Shown piece by piece: positions 18,159-31,838 of a DNA stretch of 64,000 nucleotides (position 1 is its first letter; each line of letters begins with the position of its first letter). Origin of the DNA: Amphiscolops sp. MND2022 (lineage: Eukaryota); NCBI GenBank assembly GCA_964187785.1, contig OZ076411.1, forward strand, positions 26,040,001-26,104,000, read 5' to 3'. The translations under genes and the position numbers were made by a program. The notes under the pieces were generated by a model. The model was not told where the DNA came from. It saw only the letters and a list, made by a program, of their open reading frames with translations, and made no database searches.

Positions 18159-21100
18159 ACATTCAATAGTCCTTTTGGAATTACTCTGTTTCGTTGCTAC
18201 TGCGCATCTTGTAATGAAACTTGCAAGATGTCTTGTTGAAAAATGCCTTCAATTGCAAGGTCTTGCAATAATATCTTGCAGGATCATTGTAAGAATTGCA
18301 TTTTTTCCAAGCAGCGAATTGAGTAGACGTTCCACTAAAGGCCAGTGAAAGAAGGTTTCGCTAATTTGACATTACGTTATTATGTTGTTACGCAGTTATG
18401 TTGGAACGCTATGATAAGGCAGTGTTTCCATAGTGAAGAGACCATACAAACACAGTGTTGTTTGTTCCATTTGAAAGTTTGTTTCATCGCTTTTGACGTT
18501 CCAGGTCGTGCACAAATTTCAACTTGAAGAAAGTTCCTAGTTTGTTTCTTTCCAACTAGTTTCCATAATTTCTGTTCCATTTTGTTCTAAACAATCAGTT
18601 TTTCTGTTTTTATTTTTCAACAAAAAAATGTCGATGATGAAAACCCTGTTGATTTCAGTATTCGCTTCATGTTTAAACGTGGAGTTTTCTTCGCATTTTT
18701 TGGAAATAAGAAATTTGGGCAAATGTCTTAAAATTTCAATTCCCATAGAGTTCGTGAAGTTATGGAAACTTGGTAATTGGCCTATTTTGACACAAACTGT
18801 GTTGTTGATAAAATTAAAGATGCCCTAATGAGAAACTCCTTTCAATAGCTCTGAAAATGGTAAACAAGTTTCACGTTTGAAAAATCATCTGGAAGAAGCA
18901 ACTAGAAAAACTGAACTTCTTTGGTGCGAATTTTTTTAACAGCGCCAAGTGTATATTTGTGAACAAATTTTGTTATTGGAAAAAGGAGTTTATTATCCGG
19001 AATTGCAAAAACTGACAACAATGTAACAAAAACTATCTTGACAATTGCTGGAGTGGAAAGATGCTACAGAAGCGGAAAATTTTGCAGCAGTAAGCTTTTT
19101 TCGGACTCTCAAGTTTTTTTTCATAACATATTCAGATGTTTTTCAGTCCAACGTTCTCGCAATTTTTAAATTCCCAAAACTTCCCAAAAAAGGAAATATT
19201 CACAATTTTGGTTCTAGTTCACACAGAATTATGAAAGCCCACTCGTCTTTTCTGCAAACAAAAGTATGCCAAGGTACTTTAATATTCCAATCATTCTTTT
19301 TCATGTTCACACCTACAGCAAAACCAAAAACTTGTTCAAAAATGGCAAAAATCGTTCAAAAGAAGGAAAACTTTGGCACTTTTCTGTTTCAGTTTCATTC
19401 CTAATCAAAAATTTAAGATTTTTGTCAAAACATGTAATAAATAGGTGAATTATCAACATTATCAGTTTTTAGTGATAACCTCGAAAACATCCAAAATATG
19501 ACCAGGGTTGAGTGAAAAAACAATTATGGAAATAGATTGACATCTCTTGGTTCTCATTTCTGCCGACAAGCTTGCTTAGCAGCCGAGTTCTTCATGATTG
19601 AAATATGTGACTTTTCAGACTCACGGAAATATGCAACGAGCATACAAAGTTGCTTGAAACGGTCAAAATTTTGCAATTCTTGGCAAATTTTGACATTTTT
19701 CAGGCATTTTGTGACATCAAAAATTTGGATTTTTCCTCTTTTCGAAACGTTTGAGGGAAAAATTGATTGTTTTATTTTTGAATAGGGTCGACACTACGGA
19801 AACTTTCTCCTTTACGAAGGATACTTAGTTGCTAAATTATTCGTGAAGATTCTAACCTTCAAACACATTTGATAACTACTAAATCGTGATTCTTTTGGAT
19901 TTTTTGAATTTTTTGGGTGTTGTTTATAGACATTTTTTCTACAAAAAACAAAATCCTGTTCACTTTTGAACTCTGTGGTTTTTCTAAATCTAAGAAACTT
20001 CTAAGAAAATTTGTTCAAAAGTTGCCTCAAAATGGTGGAAAAATGAGAAGGTGTAGAATTTTCATGTAGTTCAATGTCATTACCGTGGTACTATTTTGCT
20101 CCTCGTTGAAACGTACAAAATAGTTATCTGTTTGACCGTTGGAATCAGAAGGTGTTCTAGTTTTCAGAAACGTTCAAAACCAGTACAAAATTTGCGTAAA
20201 AACAGTCAAAAACTTTATAGCATTTAAGTTTCTTGAAATCATTCTCGGTGCATTTTTTGAAAGATTCTCTTCTTTTGAAACAAGTTTAAAGATCTCGACG
20301 TATTCTGTGTGTACGAATGTTATAAGCTTACAAGTCAAAAAAACAATTCCAATCAGAATAGACTGAATGTGTAAAAACTGTATTTTCTGACGTATCTTGA
20401 AAATGAGGCAGATTGTTCAATATTGCCTCTGTGGCTTATTTAGGCAGGTTGTTAGAAAATACAAGAATGACTATTTTTTCGCAATGGTTTTTACAAAGTG
20501 TAAAGGTAAAGATATTGAGGCAATGGCTCTACCACACTCCCGTCTTTTTAAAGGAGGAAAGTGGAAACAAGTATACAATTATTTATACTTCTATAAAAAT
20601 GAAAATTTGGTTACAAAGATACTCAAAAATGTCAGGAGTAACGAATCACACACTGAATTAACTGCTAGCACTATATATAACTATATAACACATCATCATT
20701 TAAAAAAAGTCAAGAAATAAACTAGAGCAACGATTGGATTAAATAACGTTATAAAAAAATTTTCAAAAGTTTGTACTGCAACTTTGAGCTTGGGATCTCG
20801 ATTACGCTTGGCAAGCTACCATCTTCTTCCTCGTTTGACTCCTTCTCGACTTTAGTTGAAATTACATTGTTGTCCCATCGATCCGGTGTCCTGGAGTCTC
20901 TCACCAAACTGCATTACAGTGCAGCTGCAAGCTTTTTCTGAGCGTTTTGCGGGAATCAGGACAGGAAATCTCGGACATCGAGACGCGTGCACTGAATTCA
21001 TTCCCCTTTGATGTCGACTGCCTTAACTTCCTTTGAAGTTGAAATCTTGATTTCCGCAGTTTTGCGTCTTGGCAAGTTAAAGGGGTCAATTAATTCCCAC

Positions 21101-22899
21101 TTATGCCACGCCTTAATAGCGCCAATTCTGTAAAAAGCAAACAGTGCAAAACGCATCCCGTATGCCAGAATTTTATTCAGTACAGTAATTCGTAAACCTA
21201 CATTCCGAAAACCTTATAATCTCAGTTTTCGCATTTCATCTCTTGAAATCAGATGAAAACTGCTAGAAAAGATAATGTTCGGAAAAGCCTTCTGGTAAAT
21301 GAAGCTTCACAATTTGACCCACGATTGGAACCAAATAATGTCCAATTTCACAGTAATTATTTCAATAATTTTTTTCTAATTCTTTACAAATGGTAGAAAT
21401 GTAGTATTTCACTATTGTATTTCACTATTGTCTAATATTTTGTCACGGAAATCTTTTCAATTCTAGTCAAATTGATAAAATCAAACAATCAATTTTATTT
21501 CTATTGAAACTAAAGAATACAGTTGAACATCGGTATAACGTACCCTCTCTGGAAGTAAGGTTTTACCTACGTTAAAATGAAATTACGTTCTTTCGAAAAG
21601 AAAATTTTATTCAATAAAAAATATTCAGTTATTTAAGCTGAAACTTTGTCGAGTCATAGAATGTTTCAGAAAAGTCTTTCATTTGTTCCGACTGATTGGG
21701 AAGCTCGTTCTCACTTAACCTTGTAAAATGAACCCAGGTTTAATGATCGCCTATTAGGAGAAGTTATCATCCAAGACGCTTCCCCTTCTTCATCACAATT
21801 TTCACTTTCTTCATACACATACAAACTTTTGGTTCATTTTGCCCGGGGACCGCACTTTTGTGCACAAAAGTTTGGTAAATTGTTGGCTCTTTTTTGAGCT
21901 AAATTATGGTTCCTTCTCTCACTTTACAGTCACTTGCACTGTTTTTTTCTCATTTTTTCCTTCTCTGTTTCGTCCGTTTCTTCTTCCTGGGGGAAGTCCG
22001 GTCTTTGATCCTCAAATAAGGTGCTTCTCTGTTCATTGCACAGTCTTTCTGTTCCAGTTTCACTAGACCTCGTGTTTTGATATTACACTGTGTGTTGGCC
22101 AAAGTCTTGCTAATTTAGGATGCGTTTCGTCTGGCCTTTTCCTCTTTTTCTCTTCTCTGCACTTTTCCCCACTTGCCACTTTGCTTGTACCTTGCATTTC
22201 CTGAGCTGCCACCTCGTCTCATATTTGAATAAACAGGCTAGTGTCTTTTCCGAGTTTGATAGTCCTGTTATTTTATGGCTAGATTGACACACGATTTTTC
22301 TTTTTTTTGAGAATGTTTTGAAAGCGCCCTCAAGTTGGGTTCCTCGAACCATTTCACGCAATAAAAAAGGCTGAGTCCGCTTTTTCACTGCCGTCCTCAG
22401 GCTCGATCTCTGCTTTTTGGTCTTGTTCTAAAAGACAATACTCAATCATTGGTGAATCTAGTGTGTTAGGTTCTTTTCAAACTTGCATCTCAAACGCTGA
22501 CCTTCCATCGGGACCATTTCAATTCTTACTTCAGATGAAATGTTCGAGATACCACTTTTGTCCTTTGAATTCGAAATCTCGCTTTTCGTTGTCAGCTTTT
22601 CAATATTTGTTTGCATCATTCTTTCCTTTCTACAGTTTCCCCCATGAAGTCTTACCGGGCACACAATATGTTCAATGAGTTTTTCTTCACAGAATTGTTT
22701 GAAATTCTCTCTTTGAGCCACTGTACAAGGATTTGTTCAATTTTAAGTCAGCTCTTTTGGTAGAAAAACGCAAACTATAGTAGTGACTTTTCCTTTTTTA
22801 AGGACCTACGAAGTGACAGAATTTATAAGCTTTGTAAGCTGGCCTCCACTAACTGCATAGAGACTACTGGCACTTGGCATTGAGTTTGATTAGGTTTTT

Positions 22900-23262
22900 T
22901 TGAGGTCTGCCAAGCTGTAGGGCGTAGGTTCGAGTCGCGCTTTTGACCAAAAACTGTTTTGCCATTGTGAGACATTTTTTCGCAAAGTTATTTAATGTCT
23001 CCAAAGAAAATTCCTTCATTTTTTTCTATTTTGCAAAAACAGATGTTCAAAAATTCCCAAAGGTCCCCTTTCACGTTTTTCGGCACTATGCGACTTACAG
23101 GAGATCAAGAAAAATTCGAAAAAACTCGGATTTTTTTTCACTTTTTTCTTCAAGCGGGTACGGTAGAAGAGAAAAGTTGACACTTTGAAGTCCTTTTGCT
23201 ATTTTTGAGCCTTAGATGAGGCGCCGACTTGGGCTGTTCCCGGCTTGTTTTTCGATGTTCCA
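22900..23262 (+). repeat. Dispersed SINE-like repeat (related copies ~38560-38970, ~51240-51748, ~61090-61425)
   Basis: B-box-like GGTTCGAGTC head, internal aaggtccccttt..ggcactatgcgact blocks and a shared 3' end gagccttagat..gcgcc..ctt...gttccc.gcttgtt. Confidence 0.7.
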
Positions 23263-23539
23263 GTTATTGATACGTAACCTAACAAAAAATCAATCACATT
23301 TTCGGTTGTGAGGATTTGTAAAAAAATAACGCATTCCGTCACCCAGAGCGGTTATCTACTGACACAAATGAGTACTTTTTTGAATTGGCATTTTGAAACA
23401 GGCGTGCAAAATTCATGGAGATTCTCTTGTTTGGCTTTCATGCTTCCTGTAATTTTCCAAACTCATTTTGCGACTTACGATATTTCAAATACTTTACCTG
23501 TTTGTCGACTTTCTACGAAGGTCTTAACGATCCTTCTAC

Positions 23540-25400
23540 GAATGTCTAGACACCAGACATCTGGCGCTTCCCTTTGCATAGAGTCGCACCCTGCGTGTTC
23601 GAAGTGACTTGCTTTTCAGACATTTTCTCACATGTCCTTCTGTATAACAAGGCGATGGTCAGGTAAAGTAGAGCGTTTGCTTCTACTGAGAAGGAACTAA
23701 ACTTTCCCTCCAAGGAGAGGGAAGGCGCGCAAAAATGACATTGTTTCTCTTTTTGACTGCTTTGAAGACTATTTGAACAATTCGCTCGTTTTCTGCGCTC
23801 GGTGTAACTCAAACGGTAACAGTTTGCGATTTTGACAAGTCTTTAGCCATTGCTTTGGTGATGATCAATTAACAACTGTTCATCCTCTTTATTTGTTTGC
23901 CCAGGCGCATTGCACATAGAGAGTTGGTCTGAGCTTTCCGGTACTTGCACTTCCGTGTTCATCGGTGAAATTCTTTGACTACTTATTTTAAAGCATATCC
24001 ACTCATATTCGATTTCGGCAATTCACACTTTTCCGCCATCATATATGATTCAGCGACATCTAGCAATTGTCGAATTTCCCGCACTTTATCTAATTGCTCT
24101 TTCGTATTTTCCTTTGTTACTCTTAAAATATCATGTTTGAATACGAGTACTTCTCTAATTTTTGCCAATACATTGTCCATTTCTTTTTAATGTTCAGTAG
24201 GCATAAGCGACAGACCATAAAACCTCGTGACAAGTCTGTACAATCCGGTGGATTTTCCCTATCCATTTTTGCCGTTAATACATGCTAGGGAACTTGCCCA
24301 TACGCATAGGTCATATCTACCGAAGAGAACCACGTTTCTCCCATCTTCGGTATCTAGTTTTTCTGTGACGATTTCCCGTAAGTTGTTTTAGGTTAGACAT
24401 TTAATATTTGTCTTTATCTATTTCTTGGTTAAGAGTTTTTGCATCTATTGCTGGTTTCCGTGAGCGGTCTTGTTGCAGTTTTTTGCCGTAGGTTGAATGA
24501 ATGGTCTTTTTTCTGTTTTTTTCCTAAAGTGGCTTCATTTTAACAGCATGCTTATTTCTTCATCCACCGTTTTTTGTAATTGACCGGGGATTCTCCTCCC
24601 TTTTTGCTGTGGTAGTTTTGCATCGCTTTGCAAAGTTTTTTGCACTCGATGGTTCTTTACCTCACCCCGTCTTTCAAAATATTTTGGAGATTCGTTCACA
24701 ATTTGCTTGGTTTCCCCGTTTATTTCTTGGTCTTTTTCGAACGAAATTACTTCTAACTCACCTTCTATCTCTTGGTTCAATTGGTTTCGCAGAGTCAATA
24801 GCCATTCTCCACTATTTATTGACTTCGTCCCACCATTTTGCGCAGTACATCTTCTGGCTTTCTTAATGTAGCGATCATTCATTTCTAGTTCGCAGATTAC
24901 TTATACCAGTACTTTTGTGGTCTCCTGTTGAAATCCACACGTCTCCCCTTCGATCATTTCACGCATTTTCAACTTTTTAAATAATCCTTTTTAATCTATC
25001 GAGTGCGAAGATAGTCTCTGGGGATCCCGCATCTATCATTGTTTCGAAAATTCTTTCCGTTTATGAAAGCTTTCAGTAAGAATGGTTTTTATTTCTTCTT
25101 CAAATTTCAAGACCATAATGTGGTTGTCGTCTTTGACGAATTCTTCCTAATCAAACAGTTGTACCATGTTGCCAAACCCTCTCGGTTAAGGAAATTCGCA
25201 TTTTTCTCTTTCTTTTTCCGGTTTCAAGCACGCTCCAGATTAATTCTTCTTCCACAAAAGTTGCACATGGCATCTTGTCCTCTGCATCTTTTCACGTGGT
25301 CAATCGCAACGTTCCCAGCACTGCATCTTAAACACTCTTGTGTGTTCTGCTTACTGCCACTTATCAAACAGACTTGCTTAATTTGAGAAAAAACGCAGCG
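23540..25400 (-). mobile_element. Degenerate Ty3/Gypsy internal fragment (gag knuckle, protease, RT); no LTRs found
   Basis: Minus-strand translation gives CSAGNVAIDHVKRC..CNFCGRRINLERA (knuckles), MIDAGSPETIF (protease), WFSSVDMTYAYGQ, GLYRLVTRFYGLSLMPTE and VLVFKHDILRVTK (decayed RT). Boundaries approximate. Confidence 0.8.
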
Positions 25401-25550
25401 GAGTTAGTGTGTCTCTCCTTCAATAAGTAGATATGGGCGGAAAATTTTATCAGGAAAAATCAAATCTTGAATGACGAAAAATAACAGTTGAGGACATTTG
25501 TATGCTAAGTCGAATCTACAGTATTGCGACGTGGAAAATTAAGTGCTGTG

Positions 25551-25788
25551 TGTGACATAACGTCAATACTACTACCTGCACAATTGCCGTAACATACGGA
25601 TCTAGACAGAGAGACCATTTTTGTTTACCAACATAGAACTCTAATTGCTGTCGATTTGTGTCATTGTGTTGTTCCATAGATATTGATCATTAATATTGAT
25701 TAGATACTGAAGATTTGTTGAAAAAGAAGATATAGTTTATTCTTTTAGAGTAAAGACCATTTTTACCGTATAGACCGAGATTATCACA
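25551..25788 (+). repeat. Gypsy 5' LTR (238 bp)
   Basis: TGTGACAT..ATCACA; aligns without net length change to 31601-31838. Confidence 0.92.
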
Positions 25789-28700
25789 TGGCGTAGTAGC
25801 AAAATTTATTTCTATCGCAAAAACCCAAATTTAATCGACCAAATACCAATGACGAGAACCAAGAACAATATACTGCTACCGTACCGTGAGGACAACGGAC
25901 TCGCCAGTAAAAAAACTATACACTCCTAAAGAATGGACCGAACGATTACGACACTACATAAAAGGAATTTACAACATCGAAATAAAACCAGCTCTATCCG
26001 GAGAAACGATACCAACAAGTAACGAATGAACGACAAAAGAATCCGAGATAAGACAAGATTTTATCTGGGGAGCGCGAACTTCGGCAATTAAAAGAATAGA
26101 AACCATTACCAAAGGAGAATTTAACACAGATTCCGATACCATCAATACAGAAAAACTCAACCAACTATTCAAAGTTTTTTACATGCCAAAACGAAACTTC
26201 TACTACAGCAGAGGAGATTTCCTCTGGGTGGAACAAGAAGGAAATGAGACACCGGAAGAGCACTGGCGAAAATTAGTATCCCCAGAAAAGAATTGCGAAT
26301 TCAAAAACATCAAACAAGAAGATCTACTAATATCAAAATTCATTACCAGCATAACCGATAAGAAACTACGGAAAAATCTCATTCGTGAAAAAACACTAAA
26401 TCTGAAAAGCAAAATGAATCTAGTAACCCAAGACAGCTACGAAAGAAGACATAAACCATCAACAATACCGCCATCACTGGCGAAAGAAAAAGAAATAAAT
26501 GAAGAACCGAACAAAAAATACAACCGCGGAACAAACAAAACTACCGAAAAATGCCGAAACAGCAACGAAGAACAATAACCGTGGATTTTGCGGACAGCAA
26601 AACCGGTCACCATCACATAAATGCCCGGCTAGAACGTAAGAATGTAACAACTGCCACAAAACGAGACAGTTCGCGAGAGTGTGTCGCAGCAAAACCGATA
26701 GCACAAAAAAACAAAAAAATTACTACCTTGAAGAGACATACAACGAAGAGGAAGAAAAAGAACCGGAAGAATTACAACAAGTCACGCAAATCAACAGGGT
26801 ACTACCAGACAAAAATGACAATTACGGGATCAAACAAAAAATCAACAGCAAATATCAAAATTTCACCTTCGATACCGGTTCTCCGGTCAAAATAATGCCA
26901 ATCAACCTGAACTCTACGACCAAAAAGATATTAAACCGTTAAAAAAAGATATCAAAAACGCAATAAAAACCCTCGGAAAAATATGGGCTGATATCGAATA
27001 CAGCGGGAAAAAACAATCGTGATCGCACAAAGAAGCGACATCACACCATTACTGTGAATGGGTGTGAATGGGCTGAAATAATTACCAATCACCATTAACA
27101 AAATCCAATTGGACGAACCTACCACTCAATCGGAAGCCATCCACACGAAATTCAACAAGTTATTTGAAACAAACCATACAATCAATAAAATGGAAGTGAA
27201 TATTCAAATAAAACCAGGATGTTACCCAATCCAACAAAGAGCCACACCGATACCGTGTCACCTACAAAAAGACGTAAAAAGTGAACTAGACCTATTAATA
27301 AAAATCGGGCATCTCGAACGACTAGAAACAGTCGAAGAAGACTGTTTTGTATCACTCGTAGTAATTACAGTGAAAAAAGACAAGACTGTGAAAATCGCAT
27401 TGGACGCCGGAAAACTCAACGACAGCTGTGTGAAGAAAAGACCGCAAATGCCAAATATGGATGAATTACTGATCCCAATATCTGCCGAATTATCCAAGAG
27501 TGACCGTGGCATACCCAGACGGAATCAGACCAAACAAAGAAAAATCCGATGCGATAAATAAATTAGAACCACCAACGAACACCAAAAGTCTTTTCTTGGA
27601 GCCATACAATATTTTGCAGAAATTATACCGAACCTGTCCGAGAAAACAGACAACATGAGACAATTACTCAAGAAAGGGACAAATGGGAATGGCGAACCGA
27701 CCGAAACTCAGATTTCAACAAAATAAAGCAAGAACTAACGACACTACCCTGCCTGGCAAACTACAATGGTAGCAAGGACAACATCGTTACTACAGACGCG
27801 TGCAAAACCGGCTTAGGAGTAGCACTACGGCAAAAACAAGGAAGCGGAGAATTAAAACCAATTGCCTTTATCAGCCGCTACCTAAGCGACGCCGAAATAC
27901 TCCATCGGAGATTTAGAATTATTAGCCGTTGTTTGGGGCTTGGAAAGATTCCGATTTCACTTATACGGTAAACAAGTTCAACTATTCTCGGACCCCCAGC
28001 AATAGAACCCCTTCTAAAACGAAACAAGATGAACAAACAATACAGTGCACGGCTAACACGAATGTTTGACAGATTGAACCATTTTGACATCTGCTTAAAA
28101 CACACTACCTGCAATGAAAATAAATTCACGGACTTCATTAGCCGAAATCCTGCGGAAAATCAAGAACCGGAAGGAAACTACGAAGAGGTGTTTGTTATTA
28201 ACGCCACCGCGGGGCTCGCAAAGGCAAACGCCCGAACAGGACGTATTTTCGACCAATCAAACGGCGCGGATACGGCCTATGAAGTGAATGATACGCGACG
28301 CTACCAAACAAACAAAAGCCATATTGATTCAAATAACCGCATACAAAAGTACTCACCTGCAAACGACCATTCAAAAATGAATAAGAATGAGAACAACGCA
28401 TGTTTCTTTGGAATCGACGGACAATTACGCCACCACTGGGGTGCAGACGATGATTTTAAGGTCATCGTAAACAGAAGAGACAAATCACTCGAATTGCGGA
28501 GCTAGTGAGAAGGAGAGTGGAATTGGCGAGACCAGGCGCAATGAGACCACACTGGAATAAAAACCTGAGCCGGGAATTCTACATACCAAGAAGACCCGAA
28601 GAAGATGAAAGAAGAGAAATCAAACGAGTTGACATTCAACTGAGGAGAAAAATTAGAGAGTCCCACATTTGCGTAGGATATTTCCAAAGTTTCGGAGACG

Positions 28701-29377
28701 ATATACCGCAAAGACAAACCACAGAACAGCAACAACAAACCGAAAGAAATGAACCGCCCCGAGAAAACGAGACCAACAGGGAAACAGAATCCACCACCTC
28801 TAACAACTCCGAAGAAGCGGTAGCGACACACGAACCCGTGACATACCCAGCATAACCGGTCCAAAAATACAGAGACGGACCAATCGAAAACATTGCACTA
28901 CACCATATGAGAATCAACCGCGTAGTTGAAGAAAAAGCAAATGAAATAAACAACAAGGGGACAATGTCAAATCAGCAGAATTGGATTTCATGCTAGACTT
29001 GGAAAAAATAAAGAAACGGCCGCCAATCCCGATCTCATCAAGCTGAACTGCTGTATCGAAGACAACAACACGGAACAAATTCCACACAACTTCAGATTCG
29101 TAGCCAAAAAATTAACCCACCGCTGGGGCATCATAATGGTTGACGACCTCATTGTGGTACCAAAGTCACTACTATAGGCAGCCCTAAATGCACTACATTT
29201 CGGTCACCCCGGAATTAACAAAATGTGCATCGACGCAGCGATATCCTGGTTGCCGAACATGCGGAAAGACATTGAAAGGTAATCAAAAACCTGCTCAGCC
29301 TGCCTCAACACGCCGGTAAGAATTTGAATTTTCAAATACCACAAACCGAAAAATCAACCAGAACCGCATATGCAGTA

Positions 29378-30138
29378 TAGGAGTCGGCTTAGGTCTTTTT
29401 CCTTCTGACTCGCTCCAATACCACTTATACAAATTCATTGAAATTGCACACATAGAACATTCTGTGGTGTAGAAAATGACTGTTGAAATTTTCGTTCGAA
29501 TCGTATGGACAGTTTTTGCAAAAATCGAAAAAGTCGAAAAATGGCTGTTTTTTCGCCATCTTTGGGTTAATCTTGGCTATATTTCTCACATCCCAGCAAA
29601 ACGAATTTGATGAAGTTACATACCATAATAATTACACACCATTAAGGCACCATAATATAGTGTAGAAGGACTGTACAAAATTTCGTTCGAATCGTATCGA
29701 CAGCTTTTAGGAAAATTGAAAAATGTCGAAAAATGGCTGTGTTTTGGCCATCTTTTGGTTAATTTTGGACATAATTCTCACATCCCAGCAAAACAAATTT
29801 GATGAAATTACACACAAGGGACCATAATTTAGTGTAGAATGACTGTAGAAAATTTCGTTTGAATCGTATGGAAGTTTTTGAAAAAATCAAAAAAAGTCGA
29901 AAAATGGCTGTTTTTTGGACTTTTTTCGGCTAATTTTGGCTATGTTTCTCACATTCCCGTCATACGATTTTAATGCCTTTGGGCACGCAGGGGTCCATTC
30001 GGGTGTAGATGGACTGTGCAAAAAAATATGAAAATCGTATAAACAGTTTTTGAGAAATTTGAAATTTTCATAAAAAGGTCGGGAGAAAAAAAAACGACAA
30101 GATTGGATAAGTAGTCGAAAATTTTTTTCCGACTCCTA
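29378..30138. mobile_element. Non-autonomous insertion with 10-bp terminal inverted repeats and an internal ~170-190-bp tandem array, inside the Gypsy integrase
   Basis: TAGGAGTCGG (29378-29387) and CCGACTCCTA (30129-30138); repeat units start at 29468, 29661, 29833 and 30004; the flanks rejoin as ..QIPQTEKS|KIEPPKS.GEEIQIDFTG. Confidence 0.7.
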
Positions 30139-31600
30139 AAAATCGAACCGCCAAAATCATCGGGCGAAGAAATCCAAATAGACTTCACCGGAAACAAAAA
30201 ACTATCAACCAATCCGCTCAAATTAATTGCGGTTGACAAGAACAGTCTATGGGCAGTAGCAAAAATACAAACCATGATACCGTAATCTCATTTTTGAACG
30301 AATACAAAAATGTATACGGAGTACCAAAACAAATAAAATTGGACAAAAGCGACGCCTTTATCTCCAAAAATACAACGAATTTTGTAAATCACAAAACATA
30401 GACCGCGTATACGGAACAGCATACCTACATACCAGCACCGGATTGGTCAAACGAACTATCCAATCACTAAAGAATTTGATACTGGTGAACTTAGAAGACG
30501 ACCAAAATCTCCGAGAAAGTGTCAACAGAGGACTATATGTCATAAGATTCACAGTACACTCGGAACCCAAGAAAACTCCGTTTGAATTACATTTCGGACG
30601 GAAGCCAAGAACTAAACTATCCAACCTGAAAAAGTCTATTCCAGTGGACTCCAAAGATCTCTATTACCCGAAACTCAGCCGGACAAATCACGGACCATTT
30701 GGTAATGTCAAAGAAAAAGATGACAGAACTAAAATACAAAGGAGGGATGACATTTTCGCAAACAAAGAAAGCGAGCAGTTCGGTAAGTACAAATAAAATT
30801 CGAACATCCTTTCAAATTTCACAAAAAGAACTACAAGGAAGGATCCATGAAAGTAAATTCAAGAATAAAACACAAACCGCCGTGTCGGGAACGAAACTCG
30901 CCGTAACCACGGATAAAAACAAAACGATACACAGAAAATTGATTTCCAACCCGTTGCCTTTTCAGCAAACTACTACAACACCGGCAAAAAAGATAAACAC
31001 CCGCCAAAGTACCGCAGATCAGCCGACTTGCTCCAAAACATTGGACACTGTGAACAACGGCAGAGCTCCCTGCATCAACAGCAGGAAAGAAGCACCAAAA
31101 GCCATCGCAAACTACGAGAGGAGCGAAGACTAGTTGAAGATGAATCATCAACCCAGAAACAACAGAGGACAGTTCACATCATCAAACAAAAACGCCAACA
31201 ACGCCGAATTAAACCTGAGCATCATATCAGACGACGATGATTTCGAATACTACAACAAGTCTGAAGGCAAACCAGTGCACACAAACCTTGATGACGAGCT
31301 CCAACTTCTCCCAAAAGAAGCCAACCTGACACAAGGTAGATATAAAGACAAAAAATCGACAGAATCGGTCAGAAGTTCTAATATACTACCATTCGCAAGA
31401 CAAACCGAAAAACTAGGCGGAGTACCATACTATACAAACAACAACAAGAAAAAAGTAACTATTAACGGTAATTTATTACAGGAAACAGCAATGGAAACTG
31501 CGGAAAGAAATGAAGAAGAAAACAACCATTCAATACGGAAAAACATTGAAGAAATCCGTATCATACGGTCATACAGGCCCTCTTTCCGAAGAGAGGGGAA

Positions 31601-31838
31601 TTTGACATCACGCCAATACTACGACCTTCACAATTGCCGTAACATACGGATCTAGACAGATAGACCATTATTGTTTACCAACATAGAACTCTAAATACTG
31701 CCGATTTGTGTTATTGTGATTTTCCATAGATATTGATCATTATATTTGATTAGATACTGAAGATTTGTTGAAAAAGAAGATATAGTTTATTCTACTAGCG
31801 TAAAGACCCTTTTTACCGTATAGACCGAGATTATCACA
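31601..31838 (+). repeat. Gypsy 3' LTR (238 bp)
   Basis: Follows the PPT; the initial TG has mutated to TT; ends ATCACA, followed by CTGCG. Confidence 0.92.

Larger units (their letters stand above)
25551..31838 (+). mobile_element. Decayed full-span Ty3/Gypsy LTR retrotransposon
   Basis: 238-bp LTRs (25551-25788, 31601-31838) with ~20 substitutions by eye count; TSD CTGTG/CTGCG; PBS TGGCGTAGT (tRNA-Ser-like) at 25789; PPT GAAGAGAGGGGAA at 31588-31600. Remnants of gag, protease (FDTGSPV), RT, RNase H (TTDACKTGLG) and integrase (ALHFGHPGINKM, EIQIDFTG). Confidence 0.93.

Noticed and set aside
20397-21089. Coding-looking ORFs (20397-20720 +, 20901-21089 -)
   Set aside because: No recognisable domain, splice pattern or link to neighbouring features.
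22110-22721. Possible PHD/LINE-ORF1 relic on the minus strand
   Set aside because: Cys/His spacing does not fit a PHD finger and no downstream endonuclease or LINE RT was found.
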